The notes below the pieces were generated by a model, which did not search any database, had not been told where the DNA came from, and was given only the letters and a program-made list of their open reading frames with translations. From Candidatus Terraquivivens tengchongensis (GTDB taxonomy: Archaea > Thermoproteota > Nitrososphaeria_A > Caldarchaeales > Wolframiiraptoraceae): a DNA stretch of 64,000 bases. The stretch lies in contig JALNJZ010000001.1 in the NCBI GenBank assembly GCA_023261845.1, forward strand, positions 32,001-96,000, read 5' to 3'. Position 1 is the first letter of the stretch; every line of letters begins with the position of its first letter. A program made the position numbers and the translations under genes. This document shows positions 18,927-28,215 of the stretch, piece after piece.

Positions 18927-19123
18927 TTTGGGAGTTCTCCTCCTTTGCCTTTGATTCTAACCGCAGTATATTTGGTTTATCGGAAAGCTAGCCAAGGTCG
19001 CTATGCCTCAAACTTTAAGGACGCTAAATACAGCATCCTTGGCCATAATTTGGCGAGCATTATACAAAATGACTTGTTTTAGGATTATGGAATCTTGCGG
19101 CGCTTACCCATAAAGCCAGTGCA

Positions 19124-19348
19124 TTAACCCTTCCAGAAGTGTGGCACGCTAGGCCCTATCATCAGCGACGAAGGTTTGCGCCTCCTTTTATTGTTGTACC
19201 TAGCCCTGCGACGTCTCTTTATAAATTCCTTAATAATTGTCGAGAGTTTGGGCACTAACCTCTCGGCGCTCATCCATAATGTTATCATGATGATCGAGAA
19301 GATTGCGGATTCTATTATTATACTCGTTAGATTCAGCATAATAATCAC
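19124..19348 (-). CDS. Possible small membrane protein with basic tail
   Basis: 74 aa; N-terminal hydrophobic helix, then KRRRRARYNNKRRRK. No family recognised. Confidence 0.4.
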   Translation of the reverse strand: MIIMLNLTSIIIESAIFSIIMITLWMSAERLVPKLSTIIKEFIKRRRRARYNNKRRRKPSSLMIGPSVPHFWKG

Positions 19349-19704
19349 CCGGATGGTCTAATACCGCCCGGACGCTTTAACGTTTTTGTTTTACAGATTT
19401 CCTTTTATATGAATTATTTTCGACTAAAAACACCATATAGCCCCCCGTTTTCCCAGAAAGTCGTTTATTTTTTAAATCGGTGCCTGAAAACCGTTATAAC
19501 GGCAAATTTTAAAACGACAGTCATAGATGCCGTTTCTTTTATATAGGCGGCATAGACGGTCACTTTGGTCATCTTTTGCCTACCTATAACGGCCGGATTT
19601 CCCGATTCTAAAGGCCTGACAGGTCTTTAGTCAGCATCAGCCCATAAAAGTTTAATGATACGCTGTTTAACGACAACCTATAGGAATAGACAGGGAACCT
19701 GATT

Positions 19705-20139
19705 ATGACAAAGATCGAAACTAAGACGACGCTCGAAAAGTTCAGGAGGTTCGTGATAAGTAACTGTTGCGCGTCATTTATTCCTAAAGAGTACATGGAG
19801 GACCCGACGGTCTTCCCGGAAAGGGACCCTTCAGAAGGTACGATTCATGTGGAGGCAGTATCCAAAGTCCTCCTCAACCAAATCAGGAACGTGAGGTTCG
19901 TGAAAGTCGCCGACGTTCTCGGCGTCCTGTACTACTCTAAGAGTGGAAACACCAGCCTAAAGTGGAGGCAGATTAGGGGTAACATCGGCAAGCTTACAGG
20001 TTATGCTTCCCCTAACTCCATAGTGAACCTTTTACATGCAGGTATACTAACGCCCAGCCAGATACAACGAATGCTTTCCGCGCTGAAATCCTCCCAACAG
20101 GAAGCGGAGGATGAAGGGGAGTTAAACAGTGTACCATAG
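19705..20139 (+). CDS. Hypothetical protein
   Basis: 144-aa ORF with protein-like composition; no recognised motif. Confidence 0.7.
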   Translation: MTKIETKTTLEKFRRFVISNCCASFIPKEYMEDPTVFPERDPSEGTIHVEAVSKVLLNQIRNVRFVKVADVLGVLYYSKSGNTSLKWRQIRGNIGKLTGYASPNSIVNLLHAGILTPSQIQRMLSALKSSQQEAEDEGELNSVP

Positions 20140-20166
20140 ACCCATACCCCTATGGTACGCCGTTTT
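20129..20166. terminator. Stem-loop with T-tract between convergent genes
   Basis: GTGTACCATAG (20129-20139) pairs with CTATGGTACGC (20150-20160), followed by CGTTTTT. Confidence 0.5.
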
Positions 20167-20218
20167 TAGTTTCACTCCGCCGAAAAATTTTTCCATCATG
20201 CTGAACTAATTCCGCAAC

Positions 20219-21502
20219 CTACTCAGCCAGCTGTACGACGTCCCTGTAGTCCTCGATGTACTTGTTGACGTACTTCATGCCTGGTGGTATGGTCAGGTAC
20301 GGATTTACCTTCGTCCCGATAAGTTTGCAGCCTTCTCTTATCCTGACGGCGTTACCGATGACTGAATATTCGCCGATGTAGGTAGAATTGCTCTTAGAAG
20401 ACTCGACGATTGACTTCCTACCGATGATGCTATCCACTATGCAGGCGTTATCGCCGATCTTCACTGCATCCATTATCGCAGACCTTTCGATCCTGACGTT
20501 CTCACCTATTATGCAGTAGTTATCTATGCAAGAGTCTTGTATCACCGTGTGCTCACCTATCCTCGTATGTTTGCCTATCAAGGCCGCACCCTCGATGATT
20601 ATCTTGTTATCCCTGTACTTTTTCAACACATCGTCCTTGATTTTATTGGATTCGTTACCGTATTCTTGTAACCATACTTTCTTATCTAACTGGATTGCCT
20701 TCTCTGGTATTACGATGTTTATTGAGTTCCTGAGCATCTCGACCATAGCCCTCAAGTATTCCTTTGGACTACCAACGTCGTACCAAACAGATATCTCATA
20801 GCCGTATATTGGGAAGCCCTTTTCCACAAGGTACGGTATCAGATCGTAGCCGAAATCCAACCTCTTTCTTTCCTCTAGAATTTTCTTTATCTCATCTCCC
20901 CTGACTATCTCTCTTACTTCGGGTGCTAACAAGTATATTCCAGCGTTTATCAAATTGCTTGGTGCCTTTTCGGGTGTTGGTTTCTCTATGAATTTTTTTA
21001 TCCTCATCTCGCTGTCAACATCGGCTACGCCATATTCCTCTACATTCTTCGTCCTGAAGAGGGCAATGGTCATCAAAGCGCCCTTCTTCTTGTGCCATCT
21101 CATAAGATCTTCAAGGTTCATATCAAAGATGTTATCGCCTTGGACAACTATCACTGGCCCCTCAACGTCGTAGTACTCAATGTTTAGCCTATACGAGTCG
21201 GCACTACCCAAGTCATCCATATTTGGCTGGTGCATTATATGGATTCGTGGAGTTATGCCATACTTTGCCGAAAAGCCAGCGCCATCACCAAATTGATCAA
21301 AAAGGTCCGTATAATTCGTGTAACCCTGCTCGCCTAATATAAAACGCCTTACGCCCTGGCTCGCTAACGCAAGTATTGGAAACTCTATCAGTGCTCTGTT
21401 CATGAACCTTATGCATGGTTTAGAGATGTCGTAAGTTAGTGGTCTTAGCCTCTTTGCCACACCACCGACAGGTATGAAACACGTTAGATCCTCAACTTTC
21501 AC
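20219..21502 (-). CDS. NDP-sugar pyrophosphorylase (GlgC/Mpg1-like) with C-terminal hexapeptide repeats
   Basis: PVGGVAKRLRPLT...KP, QGDN, FIEKP, NAGIY, DFGYDLIP and WYDVG motifs; left-handed beta-helix repeats. Confidence 0.9.
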   Translation of the reverse strand: MKVEDLTCFIPVGGVAKRLRPLTYDISKPCIRFMNRALIEFPILALASQGVRRFILGEQGYTNYTDLFDQFGDGAGFSAKYGITPRIHIMHQPNMDDLGSADSYRLNIEYYDVEGPVIVVQGDNIFDMNLEDLMRWHKKKGALMTIALFRTKNVEEYGVADVDSEMRIKKFIEKPTPEKAPSNLINAGIYLLAPEVREIVRGDEIKKILEERKRLDFGYDLIPYLVEKGFPIYGYEISVWYDVGSPKEYLRAMVEMLRNSINIVIPEKAIQLDKKVWLQEYGNESNKIKDDVLKKYRDNKIIIEGAALIGKHTRIGEHTVIQDSCIDNYCIIGENVRIERSAIMDAVKIGDNACIVDSIIGRKSIVESSKSNSTYIGEYSVIGNAVRIREGCKLIGTKVNPYLTIPPGMKYVNKYIEDYRDVVQLAE

Positions 21503-21538
21503 GGGAATGATAATTTTTATAGATGCGTATATACGTTA

Positions 21539-22051
21539 TCATCTAAGTTTGTTTATGCAACGTGCGCACGGCACGTAACCCTTAACATCCGTATCGTGTA
21601 TCCAATTGCTGAAGTACATCACGCACTTTGGGTCGTTGCAGTGCTTGAGTCCAAGAAGGTGTCCGACCTCATGGCATGCCTCCTTGATCGCCCTTTCACT
21701 GTAAAGCGACTCGTCGTAGGGTAAACCGTAGAATCTTGGGTCGAGCCTATATGTGGAAACGACGGCAACCCCCTTAAAAGCTATGCCGAAACAGTAATTC
21801 AGCCCAGGTGCATAGACATCCACATCGATTAAGGCAAGCAAAAGCTCATCCTCTTTCTTCGTTTTTGAAAGTGTTTCGACGATTGCGATTGCGTCGTGTT
21901 GTCTTCGCAAAGCGTTAAAACTGTGGGGTGTAATGCTGAATGTCTCTTTGTCTATTACAACATCAAGCCCATAAACCTCCTTCAGACGCTCCGCGATAAC
22001 TTCTGTTACTTTTCCCATTCGCGTTGATTGGATTATCCTAAGCCTTCGCAT
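21539..22051 (-). CDS. amzA: Archaemetzincin zinc metalloprotease
   Basis: KEACHEVGHLLGLKHC..PKCVM.FSN...D.K...C..C. Confidence 0.93.
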   Translation of the reverse strand: MRRLRIIQSTRMGKVTEVIAERLKEVYGLDVVIDKETFSITPHSFNALRRQHDAIAIVETLSKTKKEDELLLALIDVDVYAPGLNYCFGIAFKGVAVVSTYRLDPRFYGLPYDESLYSERAIKEACHEVGHLLGLKHCNDPKCVMYFSNWIHDTDVKGYVPCARCINKLR

Positions 22052-22106
22052 CGTAATTAAAAATGACCGAATGTTTTATTAAGCTTGAGCTATTACGTGG
22101 AATGCA

Positions 22107-22694
22107 TTGGCGGACCTCTACATAATAGCCGGCGTTCCCGGTGTAGGTAAGACGACGATAGGCTCTTTGGTAGCGAGGTTAATGCATACGAAGTTTATTG
22201 ACATACCAGAATTTGTAAAATCTGAGAGGCTTTATGTAGAATATGATAGGAGCAGCAGGTCCTATATCGTAGACCTCAGAGCACTCTCGGCCGCTCTTAG
22301 TTCAGCGATAAGGGATGAGGCTAAGCCGCCGATCGTTGCCACCCACATAGCATTTAAGCCTAGGAACTGCAAAGTCCTGAGGGTCTTGGTGCTTAGGAAG
22401 AATCCGCTAAGCCTGCTTGCTACACTGCGCTCCCGTGGATACCCTCTCCGGAAGGTTGCAGCAAATGTTGCGGCAGAGCTTATGGACGAGCAGTATGTCG
22501 AGTTCGTTCGCAAGTTCGGCCGCTCAAGGGTTATTCAATTGGACGTCACACAGTTGAAGCGCCATAAAGCCGCAAGGAAAGCAGCAAGGCTGCTATCCAA
22601 GGGAGGGAGGGGCGATGCCGTTGACTGGGTCTATTTGCTAGAAAAAAATAACAAACTTGGTAGGTTATTGTCGTTCCTCTCGAAGTACTGCTGA
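22107..22694 (+). CDS. Adenylate kinase AK6/Fap7 family
   Basis: GVPGVGKTT P-loop, IVATH (hhh.xH) and L.SRGY...KV..N..AE. Confidence 0.8.
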   Translation: MADLYIIAGVPGVGKTTIGSLVARLMHTKFIDIPEFVKSERLYVEYDRSSRSYIVDLRALSAALSSAIRDEAKPPIVATHIAFKPRNCKVLRVLVLRKNPLSLLATLRSRGYPLRKVAANVAAELMDEQYVEFVRKFGRSRVIQLDVTQLKRHKAARKAARLLSKGGRGDAVDWVYLLEKNNKLGRLLSFLSKYC

Positions 22695-22696
22695 TG

Positions 22697-23737
22697 CTAC
22701 TTCTTCAGCAAGCTTTTTGCCTTTTCTGCTATGGCCTCCGCCATCTCGAACGTCGTGGCCGTACCGCCCAGGTCGTATGTGACCTTCTTTCTCTCGGCTA
22801 TAACGGCTTCGGTTGCCTCGAATATCGCCCTCGCCGCATCAACTTCTCCCAAGTATTCTAACATCCACGCACCGGACAGAATCATGGCAGTCGGGTTCAC
22901 CTTGTTCATACCCTTGTACTTTGGTGCGCTTCCGTGTGCCGGTTCAAACATCGCATAGTTGTCACCAAAGTTTCCGGAATATATGCAACCTATGCTGGCA
23001 ACAAGCCCAGAAGCTTCCTCAGATAGTATGTCCATGAACAGGTTGGTTCCAAGTATCACGTTCTTGTTGAATCTTTCTGGATTTTTCACGAGTTGCTGTG
23101 CCATGTTATCCACAAAATACTCCTCATAGGATATGCCGGGATAGTCCTTCGCAACCCTCTCCACAGACTCCCAGAACATTCCGTCAGTCTCCTTCATTAT
23201 GTTCCTCTTTGTTACGACTATTACCTTACTCCAGCCTTTCGACTTTGCTATCTCGAACGCCTTCCTAGCCACCCTCTCAGACTGCTTCCTAGAAATTTTC
23301 CTGATAGCTATTGCACAATCATCAGACAGCCTGACGTCAATTCCTGTGTAGAGACCCTCCGTCCCCTCCCTGACGCATATAAAGTCTAGCTCACCAAATC
23401 GTTCCTGTAATCCTTTGAATGTCTTGATCGGCCTTATGTTGGCGTACAGGTCAAACTTCTGCCTAATACTTACTGCAACGCTTTTAGGCATACCTCTCTC
23501 CCAAGGCGTCGTGGTCGGAGCCTTTAAGCATGCATCCGACCTCTCCAAAACCTCCCAAGTTTCGGGAGGTATTAGGGACGGGCCTCCATGTGCTTGCCAC
23601 CACTCAAAGCCAGCCTCTAACGGGATGACTTTGACGTTTGGTTTAACAGCATCAAAGACCTTTAAAAAAGCCTCAGCGAGTTCCGGCCCGACACCATCAC
23701 CCTTTATTAAAGCAACAGTTTTCATGAACTTTTTCAC
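22697..23737 (-). CDS. Isocitrate/isopropylmalate dehydrogenase family protein
   Basis: GDGVGPE, KAPTTTP, RQKFDLYANIRP, REGTEGLY, FEPAHGSAP, NPTAMIL and TYDLGG motifs. Confidence 0.93.
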   Translation of the reverse strand: MKKFMKTVALIKGDGVGPELAEAFLKVFDAVKPNVKVIPLEAGFEWWQAHGGPSLIPPETWEVLERSDACLKAPTTTPWERGMPKSVAVSIRQKFDLYANIRPIKTFKGLQERFGELDFICVREGTEGLYTGIDVRLSDDCAIAIRKISRKQSERVARKAFEIAKSKGWSKVIVVTKRNIMKETDGMFWESVERVAKDYPGISYEEYFVDNMAQQLVKNPERFNKNVILGTNLFMDILSEEASGLVASIGCIYSGNFGDNYAMFEPAHGSAPKYKGMNKVNPTAMILSGAWMLEYLGEVDAARAIFEATEAVIAERKKVTYDLGGTATTFEMAEAIAEKAKSLLKK

Positions 23738-23786
23738 TTTAAGATATGTTAGTATATACCGGTTTAAATCTTTTTTGTGATATGGT

Positions 23787-24359
23787 TTATAATTTTGCTG
23801 GTCTTCGCTTTAACTCAACACCACACCTTGTGCAGACGTTTAAGTTGCTGACACCATACTCGCTCCTACATACAGGACAGTAAGCTACCCAAGTTATTTG
23901 CTTCCTGATTCCAGGATGAATAATGCCGACGGTTTTTATGCCCATACGCCTTGCAAGATTTTGGATGCTGTAATCATCACTTATTATAACGACGTCAATC
24001 CCAGCCTTGCTTTTCTCCAGAGCGAGGGCCAAGACATCTATATCTGTTCGGGACAGTTTAATCCTATCACCGGTCGATGCTGCGATCCTCTCCACCTCCC
24101 TGATGTTATCTTCTGATGGGTTGGAAACCTCCAACTGACCGCAGTCAACGGCGACCTCCACGACATTCTTTACGGACTCGTCATGCATAACCTCCGACAG
24201 TACAGAAGGTGTAGTGGCGAACTCCTTCCTTGAAAAATCCGTCTGGCCAGCTATAAGAGCCGTTGAGTCGAGAATGTATAGTATCAATTTTTTATGGTCT
24301 TTAGCGGAGACGTTTCCTAAGTCTTCTTGCAAAGCTGCACTCCCTCTTAACACGGACAA
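23787..24359 (-). CDS. nob1: Nob1 endonuclease (PIN domain + zinc ribbon)
   Basis: ILDSTALI, TGD..KLS.TD..VLALA, SDDYSIQN and CPVC...CTRCG. The start may lie further downstream. Confidence 0.88.
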   Translation of the reverse strand: MSVLRGSAALQEDLGNVSAKDHKKLILYILDSTALIAGQTDFSRKEFATTPSVLSEVMHDESVKNVVEVAVDCGQLEVSNPSEDNIREVERIAASTGDRIKLSRTDIDVLALALEKSKAGIDVVIISDDYSIQNLARRMGIKTVGIIHPGIRKQITWVAYCPVCRSEYGVSNLNVCTRCGVELKRRPAKL

Positions 24360-25101
24360 AACGGACTGTCTGTTCGGACTTGCCTATGGTCAGCTTTTCA
24401 TTCTCTAGAACTTTTCTAACCTGACCATCGAGTAGTACGTGAAACCTCGGAACTTTTAAGTGAAGGGTTATAAAGTTATCAATAGGTAACACGAGCGGGC
24501 TCATCTTCGTAAGCGGGCAAACGGGCACAACGACGATGACCTCGAGCTTATGGTCAACAGCCGGACCTCCTGAGGACATGGCATAAGCAGTCGAGCCAAG
24601 TGGTGTCGAGACTATAACACCGTCAGCCACACCGTCAAGTAAGGTATGACCATCACGCACGATCTCAAACTCGATGATCTTACCAATGTATTCGCCTGAG
24701 ACGTAAACTTCGTTGACCACATCCCCCAGCTTTCTATTTTCAGCGTATACTGAGAGCTTCATTACCTCTTCAACGTCAAAATTCTCTTTAAGTACCCTAT
24801 CCAGGACCTCGGGCACTTCCTCTGGATTAAGCTCCGAGAGGTAACCGCCCCTACCGAAGTTCACCCCTAGTATGGGAGTCCTGTAATCAGCCAAAGAATG
24901 TATGCTTCTCAATATAGTACCATCGCCGCCAAGAGTTATGACGAGGTCAGCGACTATCTTCCCTTTTGCTTCCATGAGGTGTTCAGAGTCGAAAACCTCG
25001 CTCTCGATTCCTATGGAGCTTAAACTTTTAGAAAGTTCGTTGACCATCTCCACGGCTTTGGCTTTTGCCGGCGTGTAAACTATCGCCACCTTCCTGATCA
25101 A
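24301..25101 (-). CDS. nadK: NAD(+) kinase
   Basis: LGGDGTIL, GVNFG..GYL, NE, DGVIVSTPLGSTAYAMSSGGP and DGQ motifs. Confidence 0.95.
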   Translation of the reverse strand: MIRKVAIVYTPAKAKAVEMVNELSKSLSSIGIESEVFDSEHLMEAKGKIVADLVITLGGDGTILRSIHSLADYRTPILGVNFGRGGYLSELNPEEVPEVLDRVLKENFDVEEVMKLSVYAENRKLGDVVNEVYVSGEYIGKIIEFEIVRDGHTLLDGVADGVIVSTPLGSTAYAMSSGGPAVDHKLEVIVVVPVCPLTKMSPLVLPIDNFITLHLKVPRFHVLLDGQVRKVLENEKLTIGKSEQTVRFVRVKRECSFARRLRKRLR

Positions 25102-25136
25102 CGTTCTTTTACTCTCCCTAACTTGCCCACATTTCG

Positions 25137-26453
25137 TTAACTATAAACATTAAGTTCAGAGCTCTTCTTGAGAAGGGCAAAGTCTTCGAGGAGTAACGGT
25201 TTTGATAGATGTCTTCGTGCAGAGGGAGGGACGGTATAAACACCAGGCATTAAAGTCCTTTGTTCCTCGGTGAGTATCCTTGAGTCTTCTGGCAACCTTT
25301 TACCACACTTCGGGCATTCATAGCCTTTGTTATGGCCCAAAGACTTCATCTTCTTCCCGCAAATGTCACAAGATGGCGGTATTGCGCGGATGGACCTTGC
25401 AAGGCTTATTATCCATATCTTTTCTAAATTTATCGTTAAGGGCAACCCGGATTTGGATTTTACACCGCCATAAGCCTTTATTCTATCGCCAGGCCTGAGG
25501 GCACGCACCACGTTTCTGAAAGACTTCGTAGGTTCGAAGGCGGCGCACTGGATTTCTCCCGTTTCATCTTTCAACGTGAAGAAGACATGACCGCCGGGCA
25601 TAACTCTAGGCAAATCCGCAACAACACCTTCAACGGATACTGACATGCCATCTTCTATCTCCGCAACCTTTACCTCTTGTATGTGCAAGTCCGTCGCCTG
25701 GTTCGTCTCGAAGAGCAACGTTCTCTCGACTGGTTCCAGTATCCTAAGAATTGAGAAGGCATAAAAGGTCATGTCTGGGTCGAGTGACCTAATGCCTAAG
25801 AGTACAGGGCACGGCGTGTGCGGCGTTATCCTAGATTCGTTCGTCTCGTAGTCGAAGTTATCAAAGGTCCACGGACTTGTCATCAAGTCCATCTTTATGA
25901 CGGAGTTATCATCGACTCTCCTGAACGTTCCCCAGTTCTGTTTGGTCCTGTATGCTATAAGCTCGTAAGTTTTTTTGGGAATCTTATCCATCCCTACAGC
26001 GGCCAGCGCACCTATGACTCCCCTACGTCCCTTAAGTGCATGAAGCTCTGCTCCGACGTCTGAGGCGACTGTAAGGGCATCCTCTACGGTCACCATTCTC
26101 CTAACGACAGTCATAGAGAAGCCTCTCAACCTCTCCGGTATCTCATCGCCTACGTAGAATGCGACACCCGGCTCCGTACCATCGCATTCCAGCTCGGCCA
26201 GCTCGTATACCCTACTCAAGACCGTTTCCCTGACAATATCCAGCTTTCCTAGATCGATCGAAAACCTCAGAGCTACCGCGGCGTTGCCCCTCGTCTTGTA
26301 AGGACAGTTCGGGTTGAGGCGGATGAGCTGAGGCCTCATGATAGGGGTTAAGCCCATCTTTAGCAGATCGTCGAATATTATGGCGGCTACGTACGTCGTG
26401 CACATTGCCTTCTTAGAATCGGTATCATCAATACCAATGTGTAACGTTACCAA
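25137..26453 (-). CDS. tiaS: tRNA(Ile2) 2-agmatinylcytidine synthetase
   Basis: GIDDTDS...CTTY, RLNPN.PYKTRGN, PHTPCPVLLGIR, TNQATD.H, an OB fold (AAFEPT), a zinc ribbon and RRHLSKP. Confidence 0.96.
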   Translation of the reverse strand: MVTLHIGIDDTDSKKAMCTTYVAAIIFDDLLKMGLTPIMRPQLIRLNPNCPYKTRGNAAVALRFSIDLGKLDIVRETVLSRVYELAELECDGTEPGVAFYVGDEIPERLRGFSMTVVRRMVTVEDALTVASDVGAELHALKGRRGVIGALAAVGMDKIPKKTYELIAYRTKQNWGTFRRVDDNSVIKMDLMTSPWTFDNFDYETNESRITPHTPCPVLLGIRSLDPDMTFYAFSILRILEPVERTLLFETNQATDLHIQEVKVAEIEDGMSVSVEGVVADLPRVMPGGHVFFTLKDETGEIQCAAFEPTKSFRNVVRALRPGDRIKAYGGVKSKSGLPLTINLEKIWIISLARSIRAIPPSCDICGKKMKSLGHNKGYECPKCGKRLPEDSRILTEEQRTLMPGVYTVPPSARRHLSKPLLLEDFALLKKSSELNVYS

Positions 26454-26498
26454 CTCGGCCTTGGGATCTATCTCCTTTTGCCGTGAATTTAAGCCTAA

Positions 26499-27221
26499 CT
26501 ATAAGAGATCCAAGAACGACATAACCTTACACTTTAACCCCAGCCTCTTCTTCAGCTCCTCTGCACAATTTCTGACGGAGAATAACGTGAATATTCCCAC
26601 GGTTTTTGCCTTCGACTTTTCGACGAGTCTTACCATCGCCTCGAGAGTTGCACCGGTTCTCATTATGTCATCAACTATAAGGACGTTCTCGTCCTTCTTG
26701 ATAGAGCCCTTAGGTATGTAGAAAGTCTTAAAGAGGACTGGTGAGAATATTGCCTTCTCCTCGAGGAATTCCTCCACACCAACCTCCTTGGTTCCCTTTG
26801 CTACCACGATGGACTTGACGCCAAGCTCGTTCCCTAGCTGTATCGCTATCGGTATCCCATCAACCGCAGCTGTTAGAATCTTGTCCACCTTCACGAGTTC
26901 GAACTCGCTGGCTACACTTCTCGCGATAAGTTGCTGAAGACCGGCATCGTAGCAAACTGAAGTAAGGTCGTAAGCGCCATTCCTCTCTATGACCTTTGAC
27001 TTGAGCATATCGCGGATGTAGTTTTCCTTGAAAGTCTCTATTATCATCTCGGCCTTTTCGATGCTAGGTATTACATGGCCGTTTATGTATCTGCTCAAAA
27101 CGCTCGGCGGCAAGTCTATCATCTTGGAGATCTCCTTGTACGTAAAGTTCCTTTTCAGAACCCTCAGTATCTCTACGGCGAAGATCTTTTTCTTCATCGA
27201 GGCCAGTTTGTTCACGGACAT
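26499..27221 (-). CDS. HTH + phosphoribosyltransferase (PurR/Apt-like) protein
   Basis: N-terminal HTH (TYKEIS...LSRYINGHVIP) and PRPP loop VLIVDDIMRTGAT. Confidence 0.88.
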   Translation of the reverse strand: MSVNKLASMKKKIFAVEILRVLKRNFTYKEISKMIDLPPSVLSRYINGHVIPSIEKAEMIIETFKENYIRDMLKSKVIERNGAYDLTSVCYDAGLQQLIARSVASEFELVKVDKILTAAVDGIPIAIQLGNELGVKSIVVAKGTKEVGVEEFLEEKAIFSPVLFKTFYIPKGSIKKDENVLIVDDIMRTGATLEAMVRLVEKSKAKTVGIFTLFSVRNCAEELKKRLGLKCKVMSFLDLL

Positions 27222-27333
27222 GTTAAGCTTGGATGCATTATTTATAATTTCTTAATATTATGTATAGCAAAACAACGTATTGGATAATCCCGCACTCAAG
27301 CTTTATCTTAAACCGTGCCCAACCTTATGCTAA

Positions 27334-28215
27334 ATGACTCTGAAGCAACTTTTTGAGCGTGCAAAGCTAGTTAAACAGAGATTACAGGAAGAAGAGAGTA
27401 GCGAGAGATTTAGGGAGTGGTTGAGTAGGGCAAAGGATGTCTGGAAGTCGTATAAACCTAGCAAGGTTGAGAAGAAAGTTGCGGCGATCGATAGCGGATG
27501 GAACTACAGAACATATTGTGGTTTCTACCTATATGCCATCAGGGCTGTGGCCGTTGCACAATCGTCAGAAACTGTTACGGACCCCATAGTTGATGTTGAT
27601 ATACTACCTATGGAGGACGATGGGTCCGGTATAAGCCCCGAGTTGTACATACAAGGAATTGCGGAATGCTATGAACACGATTTAGCGTCAAAGGTGGCAA
27701 ATCTCTTAGATATAGTATTGGTCGATGGGTCCATTCTGGCTAGGCTGAATGCTATGCGTACCTTAAGCAGAGTCAAGCTCTTCAGGGAGTACGCCGTTTA
27801 CGTCAGACCGCTCAAAAATGCGAAGAACATCCTATTCGTTTCGAAGTACTCCCAAGACAGGAGCCTTGTACATGGAGCGCTTGGAGACGTATATTACATC
27901 AACAGGGTAACAAACAATATCGGGTACACGGAGCCCATAACGTTTGAAAGGGACGGGATGACGATATCGGTCTTCTACGTTAGGTTGTCAAAGAATTCTG
28001 ATGCGATACATGTGGAAGTTCCTGCGATAGTTGACTTAGAATATGTCAGGTCTGTAATTGACGCGCTATATAACACAGCAGTTAAAGGATACCCGTATGC
28101 CCTCATGGTCGCTCACGAAATAGCATCACTACCTAACGACTTCATGGACATGATCAGCGAGGTGGCTGGGCTTTCCGTTCTTCCGACGGCCAGGGAGGTG
28201 CTTGAAGTTGGTTGA
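27334..28215 (+). CDS. nurA: DNA double-strand break repair nuclease NurA
   Basis: AAIDSG, LVDGS, SK.S and GYPYALMVAH motifs; first gene of the herA/mre11/rad50 operon. Confidence 0.9.
   Translation: MTLKQLFERAKLVKQRLQEEESSERFREWLSRAKDVWKSYKPSKVEKKVAAIDSGWNYRTYCGFYLYAIRAVAVAQSSETVTDPIVDVDILPMEDDGSGISPELYIQGIAECYEHDLASKVANLLDIVLVDGSILARLNAMRTLSRVKLFREYAVYVRPLKNAKNILFVSKYSQDRSLVHGALGDVYYINRVTNNIGYTEPITFERDGMTISVFYVRLSKNSDAIHVEVPAIVDLEYVRSVIDALYNTAVKGYPYALMVAHEIASLPNDFMDMISEVAGLSVLPTAREVLEVG

Noticed and set aside
18991-19043. GCCAAGG...CCTTGGC hairpin upstream of smc as a possible ncRNA or riboswitch
   Set aside because: Only a 7-bp closing stem with irregular inner pairing; no recognisable RNA family.
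27222-27333. AT-rich dif-like sequence between the PRTase gene and nurA
   Set aside because: Arm spacing does not fit an 11-6-11 Xer site; it is better explained as divergent TATA promoters.
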